A DNA stretch of 62,987 nt, the filler included, from Rhabdomonas costata (Eukaryota): assembly GCA_019059605.1 (NCBI GenBank). It is 26 parts of 26 records of this genome, joined end to end, with 100 filler letters (N's around TTAATTAATTAA, not from the genome) between each part and the next. Parts side by side here need not be neighbours in the genome. Positions count along the whole stretch, not along the records: positions 1 to 2,324 come from JAHMHO010004019.1; positions 2,425 to 4,750 come from JAHMHO010004020.1; positions 4,851 to 7,176 come from JAHMHO010004021.1; positions 7,277 to 9,600 come from JAHMHO010004022.1; positions 9,701 to 12,026 come from JAHMHO010004023.1; positions 12,127 to 14,454 come from JAHMHO010004024.1; 20 more parts are not named here. One strand, given 5' to 3'. The stretch's first letter is position 1; every line of letters starts with the position of its first letter. Under the pieces are notes generated by a model, which was not told the origin of the DNA, made no database searches, and was given only the letters and a program-made list of their open reading frames with translations. The translations under genes and the position numbers were made by a program. This document shows, in pieces, positions 1-12,516 of this stretch.

Positions 1-538
1 GTTTGTGTTAAGAGTTTAGCGGATCGGCCCTCGTTGACCTTTCTGGCGGGTGAACAGGAAACGGTTTCCATCGGGATCAGAAAGCTGGCTGACATGCTTT
101 GATATTTTACTGGAAGTCAGCTGTGCCGTCGCTCTGGGAAATAGTTTTACTAAGCTAGGTACAACCGTGACGAGGCCTCAAGGGGTTGGATAATACTCTG
201 GTTAGTTGCGTGCTGCAATGAGTATGCTGAGTCAGCGGATCAGATGGGCTGGGTGTTTTTGTTTTTGTTTTTTTCTTCAAGCCTAAGCCTGGGACCCGTG
301 GAGCAGGCAAAGGCATTCTACGACCAGTGTTAACCGTGTGGAACCGGTTCCCCACAGCGCTACGGGAAATTCAGGGTGGTTTTCTTCTTTGACTCAGAGA
401 CAGTTGCATTGTGTGAGATGATGAAAAGAAATGCTGCCCTACCCTCCGACACGTGCTCCAAACTACCATAACGTGTACGAGCCCAGCCCTTCCTTCTCAT
501 TCGTTCAAACCTTTTTATCTTTCGTTTTTACGGGGCAG

Positions 539-1644
539 GCCGTCGTCGTCGCTCCTGTTCTCCCTGGGGTGCGTCAGCGCGGCACTGGGCCAGCCCACTA
601 CAGCGGTGCACTACCTTCAGAGGGCCGTGGACGAGGGGTTCTCACAGGTGCTTATGTTCCGAGGTAGGGCCTTCGTTTGTGTACCTCCCAGAACATGGTA
701 GGGGCATTTTGATGGGGCGTTAAACGTTTTGCACCGTAACACAGTCATTGGAGTTGTTCCGATGTAAAGGATCTATTGATTCTGAAAAGAAGGTGTCAGC
801 TCTTAAAATCCTGCGTACGTTGAGAGTTTCGTTGTGAGATAAACGGGAAGGGGAAAGCATTTTTTTCGCCTTCACCTTCCGATTTCGTATCATCTGCGTA
901 GCTGCCTCTGCTGGAGAGCAGCCCCCAGCTGGAGCTGTTGCAGGCCCTGCCTCAGTTCTCTGCTATCAAAGCAGGTTCATGCCGATATGCTCCAAGTGTT
1001 TCTCGGACCATTTTTGCCTTGCAATTTTTACCCTTTTCTGCCGGTCTACCCTCGTCTCTACCCACACGCTCTAAACACAACAGCATTTCAATTCCAGCTA
1101 AGGCACTGGACCAGTGAGCCAGACAGTCAGATTATGAGGTGGGTGAACAGCTCGGACGCGCATCAGTCGAGCGCATTTTACACTCAGCGCGTACGTACGC
1201 TGTACACACCGACTTTTCCGTGCACTGTGAATGAAGGCCTTCTCAGGATATGGACTTGCACTGCAATCTGCATCCAGGATTCAGGAATCAGATCACATCA
1301 TGGTTTGATCTGAAAACTACGGGTAGATGGTAAGGACTCGACACCACGTCGCTGCCCTTGGTTCCCCCTCCCCTTCCAAGGATCTATTTCAACAACTACC
1401 CCACCGTTTACGTTGGTTGCACTCAATACGCATCTATGTCGATTGGGTGACAGAGGTGCAGCGAAGGTTCGAGGCCTCTGTGCTGAGTACTGTGCTCGAT
1501 CGCTTCCGAGGCGCGCTTTCTGTGGGGGCACTGGACGAGGCTCTGGACGCCCTGCGGGAGGCCGAGTCCCACGACCCCACCAACGCCCAGACCCACGCCC
1601 GGGCAGCCCACCTGTATGCCTTGCTGGGCACCACCCACAGCGAG
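539..1644 (+). CDS. TPR-domain protein, partial; exons about 539-647, 902-974, 1454-1644
   Basis: GT-AG exons join in phase: LLFSLGCVSAALGQPTTAVHYLQRAVDEGFSQ|LPLLESSPQLELLQALPQFSAIKA|EVQRRF...ALDALREAESHDPTNAQTHARAAHLYALLG, a TPR-like helical pattern. Confidence 0.7.
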
Positions 1645-2080
1645 GTCTGCTGCACTATGCCTTATGCCATAGCTTTCTCATGTCTCATAGCACTTTCCCA
1701 ACGATGTCAAGCAGAACTTGTAATGCAGAGACAATGCAGGGGACGGAGTCCCGAAAAAGCACTATTCACAACAAAAGCAAAATTAAGAATGCAAAATGCA
1801 AAATTGTTGGCGTAGCTTCATTTTCATCTTTTCGAACTGAGTGGAGCAAGTCCGCTGATGTGGGTGCCACCGCAAGTGCAGGGCTCAATTTCTAACCCTC
1901 CATACACACATACATACAGCTTTTTAGAACATAAGGGCACATAAAGGCACGACAAAGGGTATATACCGATGTGATTGCGCTCGTGCAAAGGGATGCGAGA
2001 GAGTCGAACAAGACCGGAACAAACGATTGAAGGGCCAACTAATCACAAGGAAAGAAACACCGGGTCTGAACGCTGCATAC

Positions 2081-2289
2081 TGAGGTGGGGCCGGAAGTGC
2101 TTTACGAAGATAATATCCTTGGGAAGCTTCTTCCAGAACTTCAGGTGGCCATCTACGGAGCACGTCACCACGAAGTCGGTCACCGGGGTCACCAGCACGT
2201 GAGAAACCGTGTCGCGGTGCATGTACGACCGCTCGTACATCAGCCCATTCGGGAGGGCGTTGGCGTAGCTCCGCTCCGATGACAGGGCG
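2081..2289 (-). CDS. PPWD1: PPWD1 (WD40 + cyclophilin spliceosomal protein), N-terminal exon
   Basis: ERSYANALPNGLMYERSYMHRDTVSHVLVT...DFVVTCSVDGHLKFWKK...FVKHFRPHL matches the conserved PPWD1 N-terminus. The exon ends at a gtatgc donor; its 5' end is corrupted by a fold-back. Confidence 0.9.
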
Positions 2290-2324
2290 CCTGTCATCGG
2301 AGCGGAGCTACGCCAACACCCAAC

Positions 2325-2423
2325 NNNNNNNNNNNNNNNNNNNNNNNNNNNNNNNNNNNNNNNNNNNNTTAATTAATTAANNNNNNNNNNNNNNNNNNNN
2401 NNNNNNNNNNNNNNNNNNNNNNN
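2325..2423. other. Artificial scaffold spacer, first of 25 (N-run + TTAATTAATTAA + N-run)
   Basis: The same ~100-nt spacer with six-frame stops recurs about every 2.4 kb (e.g. 4751, 7177, 9601, 12027 ... 60566). Flanking contigs are unrelated and nearly equal in length. Confidence 0.98.
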
Positions 2424-2826
2424 NGTGTTGGGGGGAGGGAGGGAGGCAGAGAGAGAGAGAGAGCAAAAGTTGAAAAACTGCTGAGCGAGGGGTTCGTTGT
2501 TCCCAGGTCTGAGGTTCCATAGGTTCACAGGTTCGTCCGGAAATAGACCCCGCATCATTGCACATACGTAGTAGGATGCCAATGAATAATGACAATTAGG
2601 GTGGTGATGGTGATGGTGATGGTGATTGTCAGTGCGCACCCAGCAAACAGGCTGCGCTTGGGGAACCACGTTCGCATGTTCAAGGCAAAACGCTGGTGGG
2701 TCATTTCACTTTAACAACAGTCAAACCCTCCGTATGGTCAATTAACTTTAAAATCTTCTCATTCATCTCCTTAAACACTCAAAAATTAGAAGGGGGAGAG
2801 GTAGCTAGGGAGTGGATAAGCAGCAC

Positions 2827-4579
2827 CTTCTTTATGGCAATCTTCTTGGTAAGGCTGAAACTCTCGAAGTGGTGGAGCACCTGCAAAACATCCGTGCACC
2901 TCGCCCACGCCGAACGTAACCGAAGGCTAAAGAAACGGGTGCTGAGCATGTCTTTGCATTCTCACGTAACGCCGAGGTCATTTTCCGGCGCAATGGCCTT
3001 CAACAGCAGCACGAACCAAACCCAAACGAGCACGTGAAAGGGGCCCAAGACACCTGAGCGTCGGTGTCCTCCACAAAAACCCAGAAGGACTGCATCGAGC
3101 CGTGAAGTCCTGCAAGGTTCGCAGAAAATGGAGCCGGTGGCCACCCATTAAAAACTGGAATGCTAATGCAACAACGAACCCAATTAAATTCGCAACCCAT
3201 GCCGGAAAGACTGTCTGAAAAAGAAATGCTGCAGAAAACCCACGGAAAGCCACCCCCATTTCCCGTCACGGCTGCAGCGCATTTCAGCTGAAGGGGGTGT
3301 TTCATGAAGAGAGAAATATAAACATGTTGCATCACCGTCGCTCCACTCGAAATTAGGAGTGATGGTCAGCTTAACGCGAAGGATGTTCCGGGTGATCGGC
3401 TGGCCCACCACTTCGAGCCGGAGCGAGGGAAACAGGTTCGAAAGGTGCTTGATCAGGGAGCCATACCTAGAAGGAAAAGGTGCAAATTTCCCATTTATGG
3501 AAAATGGGGACTCCGTTGATCTGAGCAAAGTTTGCCGCAAAAGTCGTGATGCAACTCTTCGGAACAACTCGAATAAGAAAGTTTTCTTCAATAAAAAACT
3601 CTCCCTCAGTCTGCTGTTCTCAAGATCAAAAAAAAGCCGCAACTCCCACCGTGTGTTTGTAATGAGCTTCCCGATCTCCATCTCGTCCATGTCCGCAAGT
3701 TTGGACATGGTCACCTGCGAGGCGGAGGAATACACGAGTCACGGAAACGTTCTGTGCAAAAATAAGAACTTCACGTGTGAGCTGGAGGAAGTCGGGGGGG
3801 CGTGGCTCATACCCGCCTGGTCTCCAACTTCTGAATGATGTCATCAGGTAAGATGTTGAATTGCCTCAAGGGATGGTTGTAGTACCAAGATTGCTGTGCA
3901 GAAACAGGTGGTACAAACCATAATTCCCGGGAAGATGACCGTGCAAGATGGCCTCTTCCACCCTGACCTGTGACTTTTGCACTGTTCCAATGAATTTTTT
4001 CCGTCCATTTTACCACTAAAATCTTCCAAGCAACTTCATCATCAAATGAAGATGTCAAAACTCAGCAGAATCCTGACAAACAGGAACGATGCACAGGTCA
4101 GTGCCAATAAGACGCCGCTGGATTTGAATGACGGACAAAATCGACACCACTTCCCCGGCAGAAGGAGCTGGAGGAGGAGGAGGGTAGCAACGGCATCTGC
4201 ACCCTCTCAACGGAGATGCAGTACTTCAGGAAGGTCACCGCGTTTCCTGCCCAGTTGTGCTGCAAGGAAGTCTCAAATAACGCCCTATTAAAAAGTAGAG
4301 AACGTGCAAGTGAGAGGAAAGGGGGTGAAGCTCTGAGCTGGGCTGAAAAGCTGATGCGTTACTGCAGGGAACGGCTTTCCTTTGGCTGAGATAGAGGTGG
4401 GGGTTGGGGGTGCCGGCGCTGTGAAAGAGAGAGGGAGAGAAAAGAGAGACAGAGTGTGTGAGTGAAGAAGTGAGAGAACCGGAATATTCGGCCCACGTTT
4501 TGCATGATGTAGTTCACGTCAGACACCAGAGCGGGGTTGCGAATGCGGGCCTGCGAGATGGACGACTGCAGGAGCACAT
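2827..4579 (-). CDS. Ski2-like helicase of ASCC3/Brr2 type, Sec63 domain, 7 exons, partial
   Basis: Spliced product: VLLQSSISQARIRNPALVSDVNYIMQNVGRIFR|ALFETSLQHNW...|WYYNHPLRQF...|...QPITRNILRVKLTITPNFEWSD|...FWVFVEDTD|VLHHFESFSL. All junctions GT-AG and in phase. Looks closer to ASCC3/Slh1. Confidence 0.88.
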
Positions 4580-6075
4580 CTGCAACCAAGCCACCGCCAC
4601 TACCACTACACCTCAAGATCAAAGAGCTGCCATTTGAGCACAGACCAAAGCGGAGTGTGTACACCCATATTCAGCACTAGACTGAGAGCAGACAGAGACA
4701 GAGAATGTGAAGCAAAGACAGGGGTAATGGCCATCGTATACACCAACACANNNNNNNNNNNNNNNNNNNNNNNNNNNNNNNNNNNNNNNNNNNNTTAATT
4801 AATTAANNNNNNNNNNNNNNNNNNNNNNNNNNNNNNNNNNNNNNNNNNNNGCAATAAGATTTTTGCGAGGAAAATTTTTTCACCGATATAAAGGAGGGGC
4901 TCAGTACAACCCGCAACGTCTGTACCACTCCAGCCTCATAGGATGCCACAAACTGTCTAGATGCAACCAAAAGCCAAATTTCAGTTAGCTGTTTGGTGTG
5001 AGCTATATGCATCTAAGTAGTGCTGGTGATGGTGCGTGCCAGCTACGGTGCAATGGTGGTGCAGACTGGTCAGTGGAGAAGGAGAAATGGTGGTGACGTC
5101 GCTAACCCAGCGATGGTGAGGCATGACCGGTCACCGATGTAACAACAGTTCCATAGCAGCAGCTGGGGGACACGCAATAAGGCAAATCGGACAGCCGCAA
5201 GGCAAAACAGGGCAAAACATTCCAAAGCTTAGTTTTAGACAATGGTACTATTAGAAAGTGTTTTTGTGTCCTCTCATATCAATTCAGGAGCACATTGTCC
5301 AGAAATTGATGGAGGGAATGTAAAAAGACTGCGAATCAAAAAATCAAGCATACATATTCTCCAAAAATATAGGTAGGAGTAAGCTAGCTAGTTAGCCAGA
5401 TATACAGTGGAGACCTCTGTGTGTGTGATGCGGGAGGCCCGCGACGAAATCCAAGATCACGGGCAAGTGTAGAGAACTTCCCCCCACGATTCCCCAACAG
5501 TGACATTCCATTCCCACTAAGAGGTCTACCTGCGCAATTTTCCGAAACAGCACAGAAATGTTAAAAATTACATGCTTCCAAAATTATATTCTATAAATGG
5601 GAAGCATACTGGATGCTGGATGCTCTGCTGCATTTTCGTCTTAAATGGCGAATTTGCCTTAACGGCTGTCCATTTTAGATATCAGGAGATTGGGTTACGG
5701 TCCCCTTGCTGACGTTCTGTTAGAAAGAGGGATAGGTAACCTTTGCTACCCCCACTTAAGGCCAAAAGCTGCGCTGTTGTTCTTTGTTGCCCTGATAAAG
5801 ACAACCTTTCTTAAACTTTATTAAAGAGTGTCCAATTTGGGTCTGCTGGCCAGTCCGGCGTTCACTATCGTTCACTATCGACCCTTGGACCAAAGTCCCA
5901 AAGTCTCCGAAATGGGACCAATTGTTTCCTTGTTTGTTTCACTGGTTTTGTAAGTCCGGAGAGGGCTCACAGAGCTCACACGGCTCCTGTTTCCCCGTCT
6001 CCTTCCGCTTCTCCCTTTTCAGCTTCGGATTTTATTGCCTTGGCCTTTGCCTTTCCGGAGTTTTTCTTTCCGATA

Positions 6076-7176
6076 ATGAGCTTTTCTTCTCTTGGTGTCG
6101 AAATGCGCAGCAAGCGCTCTGCTGCGTGTGCTGCGTCTGAAAACGGGAAAATTTTCATCTTTGGAGGATATGACGGCAACGCGCACCTCACCAGCTGCGA
6201 AGTGTTTGACCCAAGCAGCAACACTTTCACGTTGCTTCCCAAGACTATGGGCAGTGGACGCGATGCAGCCTGTGCTGTTGCCCAAGGAGGCCGAACATTC
6301 CTCTTTGGAGGATTTGATGGGATGGCCCTCGCCAGTTGCGAAGTGTTTGACCCCAGCAACAACACTTTCACGATGCTGCCTGCAACGATGCATAGCAAGC
6401 GAGATGGCGCCTGCGCTGTTGCCCAAAGTGGAAAAATTTACATCTTTGGAGGAAGAGACGGCCCCGAGTTCCACTCCAATGCCGAAGTGTTCGACCCGAG
6501 CAGCAACAGTTTCGTGACGCTGCCCACGATGTGCTCCAAGCGCTACGGTGCCTGTGCTGTTGCCGAAGGTGGTCGAATTTTTATATTTGGAGGAAGAAAT
6601 GGCAGCTTGTACCTCTCCAATTGCGAAGTGTTTGACCCCAGCAGCAACACTTTCGCGATGCTTCCCACGGTGATGTGCAGCAAGCGCAGTCGTGCCTGTG
6701 CTTTCACTCACAAAGGCCGAGTTTTCATTTTTGCAGGGTTTGATGACAGCGCTTTCCTTTCTAGTTGCGAAATGTTTGACCCCAGCGACAGCACTTTTAC
6801 TATGCTGCCTGCTCCAATGTGCAGCAAGCGGAGGAGTGCCTGTTGTGGTGCCCTGGGAGGCCGAATTTTTGTCTTTGGAGGAAAGGACGGCAGCAGACCT
6901 CTCTCCAGTTGCGAAGTGTTTGTGCCGCCACCTGAGGACCCGTTCCTTCAAGTCAAACGACTCCAGGCTGAGCTTGGTCGCCTTCAGGTTCGTTACGAAA
7001 GGCTTGAGCAGAAAGAGCAAGAAGCCAAGCTTGCCTTGACGACCTGCAGGCAGGAAAAGCAGCAAAGTGAGGATTTGCTTGCCGCTGCAAAGCAAGAGAA
7101 TCGCTTGCTTCGAGAGCAGCTTTCTTCCCAGCAACCCAGCCTTTTTGACCCCCAAGCGCCATATGCACCCCAAAAA
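6076..7176 (+). CDS. Kelch-repeat protein (6 blades) with C-terminal coiled coil; intronless, 3' truncated
   Basis: Six repeats of G(K/R)xF(I/L/V)F(G/A)GxxG...SCEVFDPSSNTFTMLP, followed by a heptad-rich segment (VKRLQAELGRLQVRYERLEQKEQEAK). Confidence 0.92.
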
Positions 7177-7724
7177 NNNNNNNNNNNNNNNNNNNNNNNN
7201 NNNNNNNNNNNNNNNNNNNNTTAATTAATTAANNNNNNNNNNNNNNNNNNNNNNNNNNNNNNNNNNNNNNNNNNNNGGGTGGGGTTTGTTGCCAATATGG
7301 GCCATATCACTTCACATCACTTCCTATCAGCTGTATCCCATGAAAATTGCTTCTGTAATTCGATGAGCCAACTTGACTCGCGCTTCAGATCCGTAGTCGG
7401 GGGCCCTCCGCCCTCGAAGGGCTTCTCTTCTGGATCCGTCTCCCCAGAATCCCCTCCCTGCTCAAGACGAACATTGTTTGAGCAGGGAAACTCGGTGTTT
7501 CGGGACTTCTTCAAGGCGCCCGCTCCTTTTGATTGGTTGCACTCCCATAACATAATGACATTCTCCTCAAAAACCCGCCTTTGCTAAGCGGGGCTGCCGT
7601 GTGTACCACCCTCTCTCCTTTCGCAGATGGAAAGCCAGCTCCCACAGACTCTATTTACGCTTTGATATGCTTTTCCTGTATAACCTGCTCCCCGCCTTCT
7701 CACACAACCCTTGCTGAAGCCAAT

Positions 7725-9413
7725 ATGCCTGGCATCGCTTTTCGGAAGGCTTCAGCAGTGTGCAACCTTTTTGCCACCAACCTGCTCTCCCTGAAAGTCC
7801 TGCTGACGATCTCCTTTATTGCATTGATGGTCGTCGCGGGGTTTCTGGGGTTCTACCTGACCTTCGTGCAGAGCCAGCGGAGCCTGCTTAACCTTGCCGA
7901 GGTGGACATGCAGGAGGCGGCCAGCAGTGTGATGCAGCTGATCGAGTCCAAAGTTCAGACAGGCCATCTGCTGAACAACGCCGAGGCGCTGTACTTCCTT
8001 CGGGCTGGGATTCGGATAGACAACTTTGTGACGGCGTGGAAGCTGTGGTGGCCGATGACCTTGACCAACATGGTGGGAGTAGCCTCGGCGTACATTGCGT
8101 CTATGCTTGTTTGGCCTGGTCCTCCGGGTCATGGGCGAATGGTGGCTTGTGGGCCAGCGAGTGGGATTGCAATTTTCTGCAACTTCAACGCCACAGTATG
8201 CAACGACACGGAGAACTTCCCGGGGAGCAACTGCAGGTCTGTGAGGGATTGTCCGGGGGCGTGTTTTTTTTTACTTTCATGGAAGCCGAGTGTTGTGCAG
8301 AAGCTGGTTTGAAGAGAGACGATTTTCCACACAGTCCAAACGATGGGATAGGAAGTACATGAGTATTGCTGGTATTGTGGACAGCCAAACGGCAGCTGGG
8401 GTCCGAGAGTAGACCCAGTGCAGGTGCTCTACCTTAATCAGAAAACGGTACACCTTTTTTTTTACGGAATGTCTAAAAAAATAGAGAGAAAGATAATTCT
8501 GGCATCTCATCTTTGTGCACCTTTCCACATACGATGCCAATACATGCTGGGCTCCCGTGCGATATGAGTGTTGCCTTGCGGCCGAAACTGGCAAGCGTGG
8601 AAATACTACCATTAATAAGGTAAGTTATTGCATTCTAGAAAACGGGAAACGGAAAAACCAAAAGGGACGAGTTCGGCAGATGACCCTCGCATTAAAACGT
8701 GCGGCCGCCATCTCTTCGGGAATACCAGCACACGAAAAGCCAAAGAGACAAGGAACACAAAGAAGAAAGTAGACTGGAGGCAGGAAATGAAGGGCGTGGG
8801 TGCATGGGTCTGGTGGTGTGAGTATCGATTCTTGCATAAGCCTAGTGGTGAGAGAGAGCGCACGTGTCCCAAAACTTTCGCCGCAGCGTTGTGGGGACCG
8901 AGACCTACGCCCTAGACCACACCACGCTGATGCCCAGGTGGGACCAAATGACAGCATTCAAGCCCAACGGGGATGCCATGACCAACCCTGGGATGGTGAC
9001 TGGAACCTACGCGCGCAGCGTGGCCTCGGGGTGGCGCTCCAGCTCTACCAACCTATTCAACCCGGGGTACTCCGAGATTTACTTCAGTCCAAGCGTGCCT
9101 TCCTTCCTGATTCTCGAGTCCAACGTGTGCGTTCTGGACGGGCCGGGAGGCAGCTGTGTGGGGCAGCTCAACAAGGACCTCCTTCTAACGTTCCTGGGGG
9201 ACTTCCTTGGGGACCTGGCCCGGCACAGTCACCTGCTGTCGCAAGGGGGTCGGGCGTTCAGCTACGAGCGGAACGGCAACCTCACTGGGTCCAGCCATGG
9301 GGTGGTGTTCATGTCATACCGCAACGGGGTAAACGTAAGGCTGGCGATCTGGGAGAGCGATGACGAACTCATATCGAAGACGGGGGAGCTGCTTCGAACC
9401 AGCCTGTGCACGG
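7725..9413 (+). CDS. Receptor cyclase-family protein: N-terminal TM + Cache-like extracellular domain; exons 7725-8236, 8887-9413
   Basis: TM helix LKVLLTISFIALMVVAGFLGFYLTF. Exon 2 is a close paralogue of 34065-34597 (NLFNPxYSEIYF, FLGDFL, GGRAFSYExNGNLTGxSHG, RLAxWESDD) with the same intron positions and phases. Confidence 0.75.
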
Positions 9414-9700
9414 GTGAGACACCACTCTCTTGTTCTTTTCAATTTGAGAAAGTTTTTGCCAAGGTCTCGGAGTTGTGGTTTGTTTTGAGGCCCCGAGCCC
9501 TTGAACAGTCAGAAGCCCAATATACGGGACTTTCTGGTTTGGCTTTGGCTTTGTGAAGAACTTTTTCAGCCCTGGAAAAGTTCTTCACAAACCCAAACCC
9601 NNNNNNNNNNNNNNNNNNNNNNNNNNNNNNNNNNNNNNNNNNNNTTAATTAATTAANNNNNNNNNNNNNNNNNNNNNNNNNNNNNNNNNNNNNNNNNNNN

Positions 9701-11742
9701 GGGTGTTGGTGATCAATGAGCGTGGCTCCATTCCTGCGTCTTGATGGAGGGCCAACCCGCCGGGGCGAATCCCACCATCCTCCGCACAAGGCACCGCCGA
9801 GTGTTGGATCGCCTCAGGCGCAAGGCTGGCCGCAGGAAGAGAGCTTGTGCTCCTGGAACTGGGCGGGTGCGGCTCTTGCGTCATCGCCTCGCGAGGAGAC
9901 GAAGGAGCATCGGCGACCTCGGCGGGCTCCGGTTCCGACAGTGCACCAAATCGTTGTGATGTCAGGTGGTGCTCAGCGGCAACCTGACGAGTCTGAAAGT
10001 TCTCCGGAGAGCTGTGAGAAGCAGAGCCACCGATGCCCGCTCGGGGGGAGGACTGCTCTCGGCCGCCGGCCCTGGAACTTCTTGAGGCTGGGTCATCCTC
10101 CTCCCTCAGCTCACCTCTGTGCCCATTGTTTCTTAGCAGGGGCTGAATCGGGGTTAGCAATGGGGACTGACCTTCGAGCGGCATGGCGCGGGCGGACAAA
10201 GGCAAATCCAGGGCGGCTGGGTTTGTCGGAAGACGGGCTGACGCAGGCGAAAGGCCAGAAAACGATAAAGTGGACAGTGTGGGCGGGGAAAGGGTGGATT
10301 GCTGAGAGACGCCCAGCATCGTCTTGCGATCGGGTGTGCCTCGAGGTGGAGTCTCGTCCAAGGGGCGTGCAGGAGAGGGCGGTGGAGCAGGATCCGCGTT
10401 GAGAAAGCCGAAGGAGAGCGTGGAAAATCGCTGCAAAACCTGAGAAAGATCAAGGCCGAAGCATGAATGAAGGCCGAAAAAAAAGTCCCGCTCTACTAGT
10501 GAAAATGGAACAGCTAAAGAAGGTGAATGTTGCTCTGGAAGAGGAACTATTGCTTCCGAGAAAAGTAATCTCAAACATACAACCCATTCACGTGTTAGGA
10601 GAATAGAAATGAGCGAAATCACGAAAAAATTAGTCAGCGATCCTTACCAAAACAGCAGAACGCCGGATGGCATCGTATGTGTTTTGAAATATCCAGTGTC
10701 AAAAAATCTTCGCACGAACCTGGTCCATGTCCTGAAAAGCACTCTTCAGCTCGTCGCTTGCCGCTGGCCTTGGGGCCCCTACACCTGCCCTCTCCTCAGA
10801 GCTACCTCGTTCGCTTACCCCTGCCCTTGGCTGGGCGACGGGAAGGTCAGCAGTCACCCGAACTCCCGGAGAGGTTCGCACAACCCTATCCAGGGAAACC
10901 ATCACCGCAGGAACTCCCAAAGAAGAGGAGAGTGTGCTCTCAGCGAACAGTGGCTCAGGGTGGGTTGCTCGTCGCTCCGGAATTGGCGACGACAGCAATG
11001 GCTCCGGCGCTGGCTCTGGAGACTCAGGTTCCGACTCCAACCCAACCTCCAGAGGACCTGAGGCAACACCCACAGGGCTGCGTGTTTCGATTGGGGGAGG
11101 CCGATGGGTCACAGTTTCAGAGATATTCAATTCCGGTTCAGGCTCGCGTTCAGGATCAGTGTGATATTCGGATTCCACAACTCCCATTTCAGCCATCATT
11201 GGAGTGGCCGTGGCGGTACTTCCCTGTGTTCGTTCCCATGAGTCAGCGCTGGAGACCCTCGCAGCTTTTCCTTTGGTTTGGCTGGACTTCTGGACAACCT
11301 GAAATGCAGCCTTCGCAGTGCTTCCTGAGGAAGTGGGATGCGGAGGAGGCCTCCCAGAGCTGCCTGCATCTGCCATCTTTGAACTTGCACCACTGCTTCG
11401 GGCAACAGAACCTGTGGCCCCCCGCCGAGACCCAGAAGAAGTGACCGGAGATACCCCGGAAGTTGGGGTGGCAAACTGAGGCCGCTTTGGAGGAAGCCGA
11501 CGGGGGGCAGTGGATGGCCGCGTGGGAGGATGGGGATTACTGCGAGGGGTTGAGGTTGGGGATACGGAACGCGAGCGAGAGCGCTCTCGTTCTCTTTCTC
11601 TGGACTTCTGGATGTTGGTCACCCATCGGCTAACCGTTTCCGTTGAAGGAGTCTGCACTGGTGGGACCTTCTTATTGCGGGAATAGTAATAGTCCGACCA
11701 CTTGTTGCTGGCGAAATACAAGTAGGGGTGGGAGGATGCCAT
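9701..11742 (-). CDS. Uncharacterised Ser/Pro/Arg-rich low-complexity protein, 2 exons, partial
   Basis: Two long same-strand ORFs (10699-11745, 9645-10622) join in phase 0 through a GT-AG intron: AFQDMDQ|VLQRFSTLSFG. Confidence 0.55.
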
Positions 11743-12516
11743 CACGAACGGGCTTTAAAGGGTGTCACCAAACTCGGCCATCCGAAACATCTAAACACCT
11801 AAGCTCATTCCAGCAAAAAGCACAATTGGAAATATAGTACACAGGACAATAGAAAATCGACAGAAGCGAGAAACGCAACTGCAGAGCACAAAAAAGGCTC
11901 AATGGTTTCATCCACGGTAGGATCGATGGGTCAGGCCTAGTGACGTTTTTCCTGAAGAGACAGTCTGGAGGGGAAGTTCTTAAGCATAAGAATTAGAATG
12001 TCTTACAATTGCCTTCCCCCCAACACNNNNNNNNNNNNNNNNNNNNNNNNNNNNNNNNNNNNNNNNNNNNTTAATTAATTAANNNNNNNNNNNNNNNNNN
12101 NNNNNNNNNNNNNNNNNNNNNNNNNNGGGGGGTTGTGGGAACTCAGCGTGCAGCGTGCGCGTCCGTGTCCGCAAGTGTGCATCCATGAAGTAGCTTCCTC
12201 CCTTCCTTTCCGTGTGTCGGGTTTCCCAACACACACACACACACACACACACACACTGTAATTCGTTATTTCTTTTCATGCTTTCATGGCAGCGCGCTGT
12301 GCTTCCGTGCTTTGCATTTTTCTCTGATGGTGAACATCTGCCACGATTGCTTGACATTTTCTTCTACATTCGTGCGCTGTTGCAATAAAAAAGTACATAT
12401 CTTTGATGCGGTTTTATAGAGAGAGCCGATTCTGCTGTCACCAGTCCCTAGTTGAATGGCACAGGGGATTAACTACCTTTGACCGCTTTCGCACAACCCA
12501 TTGCACCACAGCAAAC

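Noticed and set aside
2259-2317. Perfect 28-bp-arm hairpin at the end of contig 1
   Set aside because: The left arm is PPWD1 coding sequence and the right arm runs into the primer tail, so it is a fold-back amplification artefact. The apparent MTG start of the ORF is spurious.
9550-9591. Terminator-like inverted repeat
   Set aside because: It is intronic in a eukaryotic gene and abuts the contig-end primer tail; probably another fold-back artefact.
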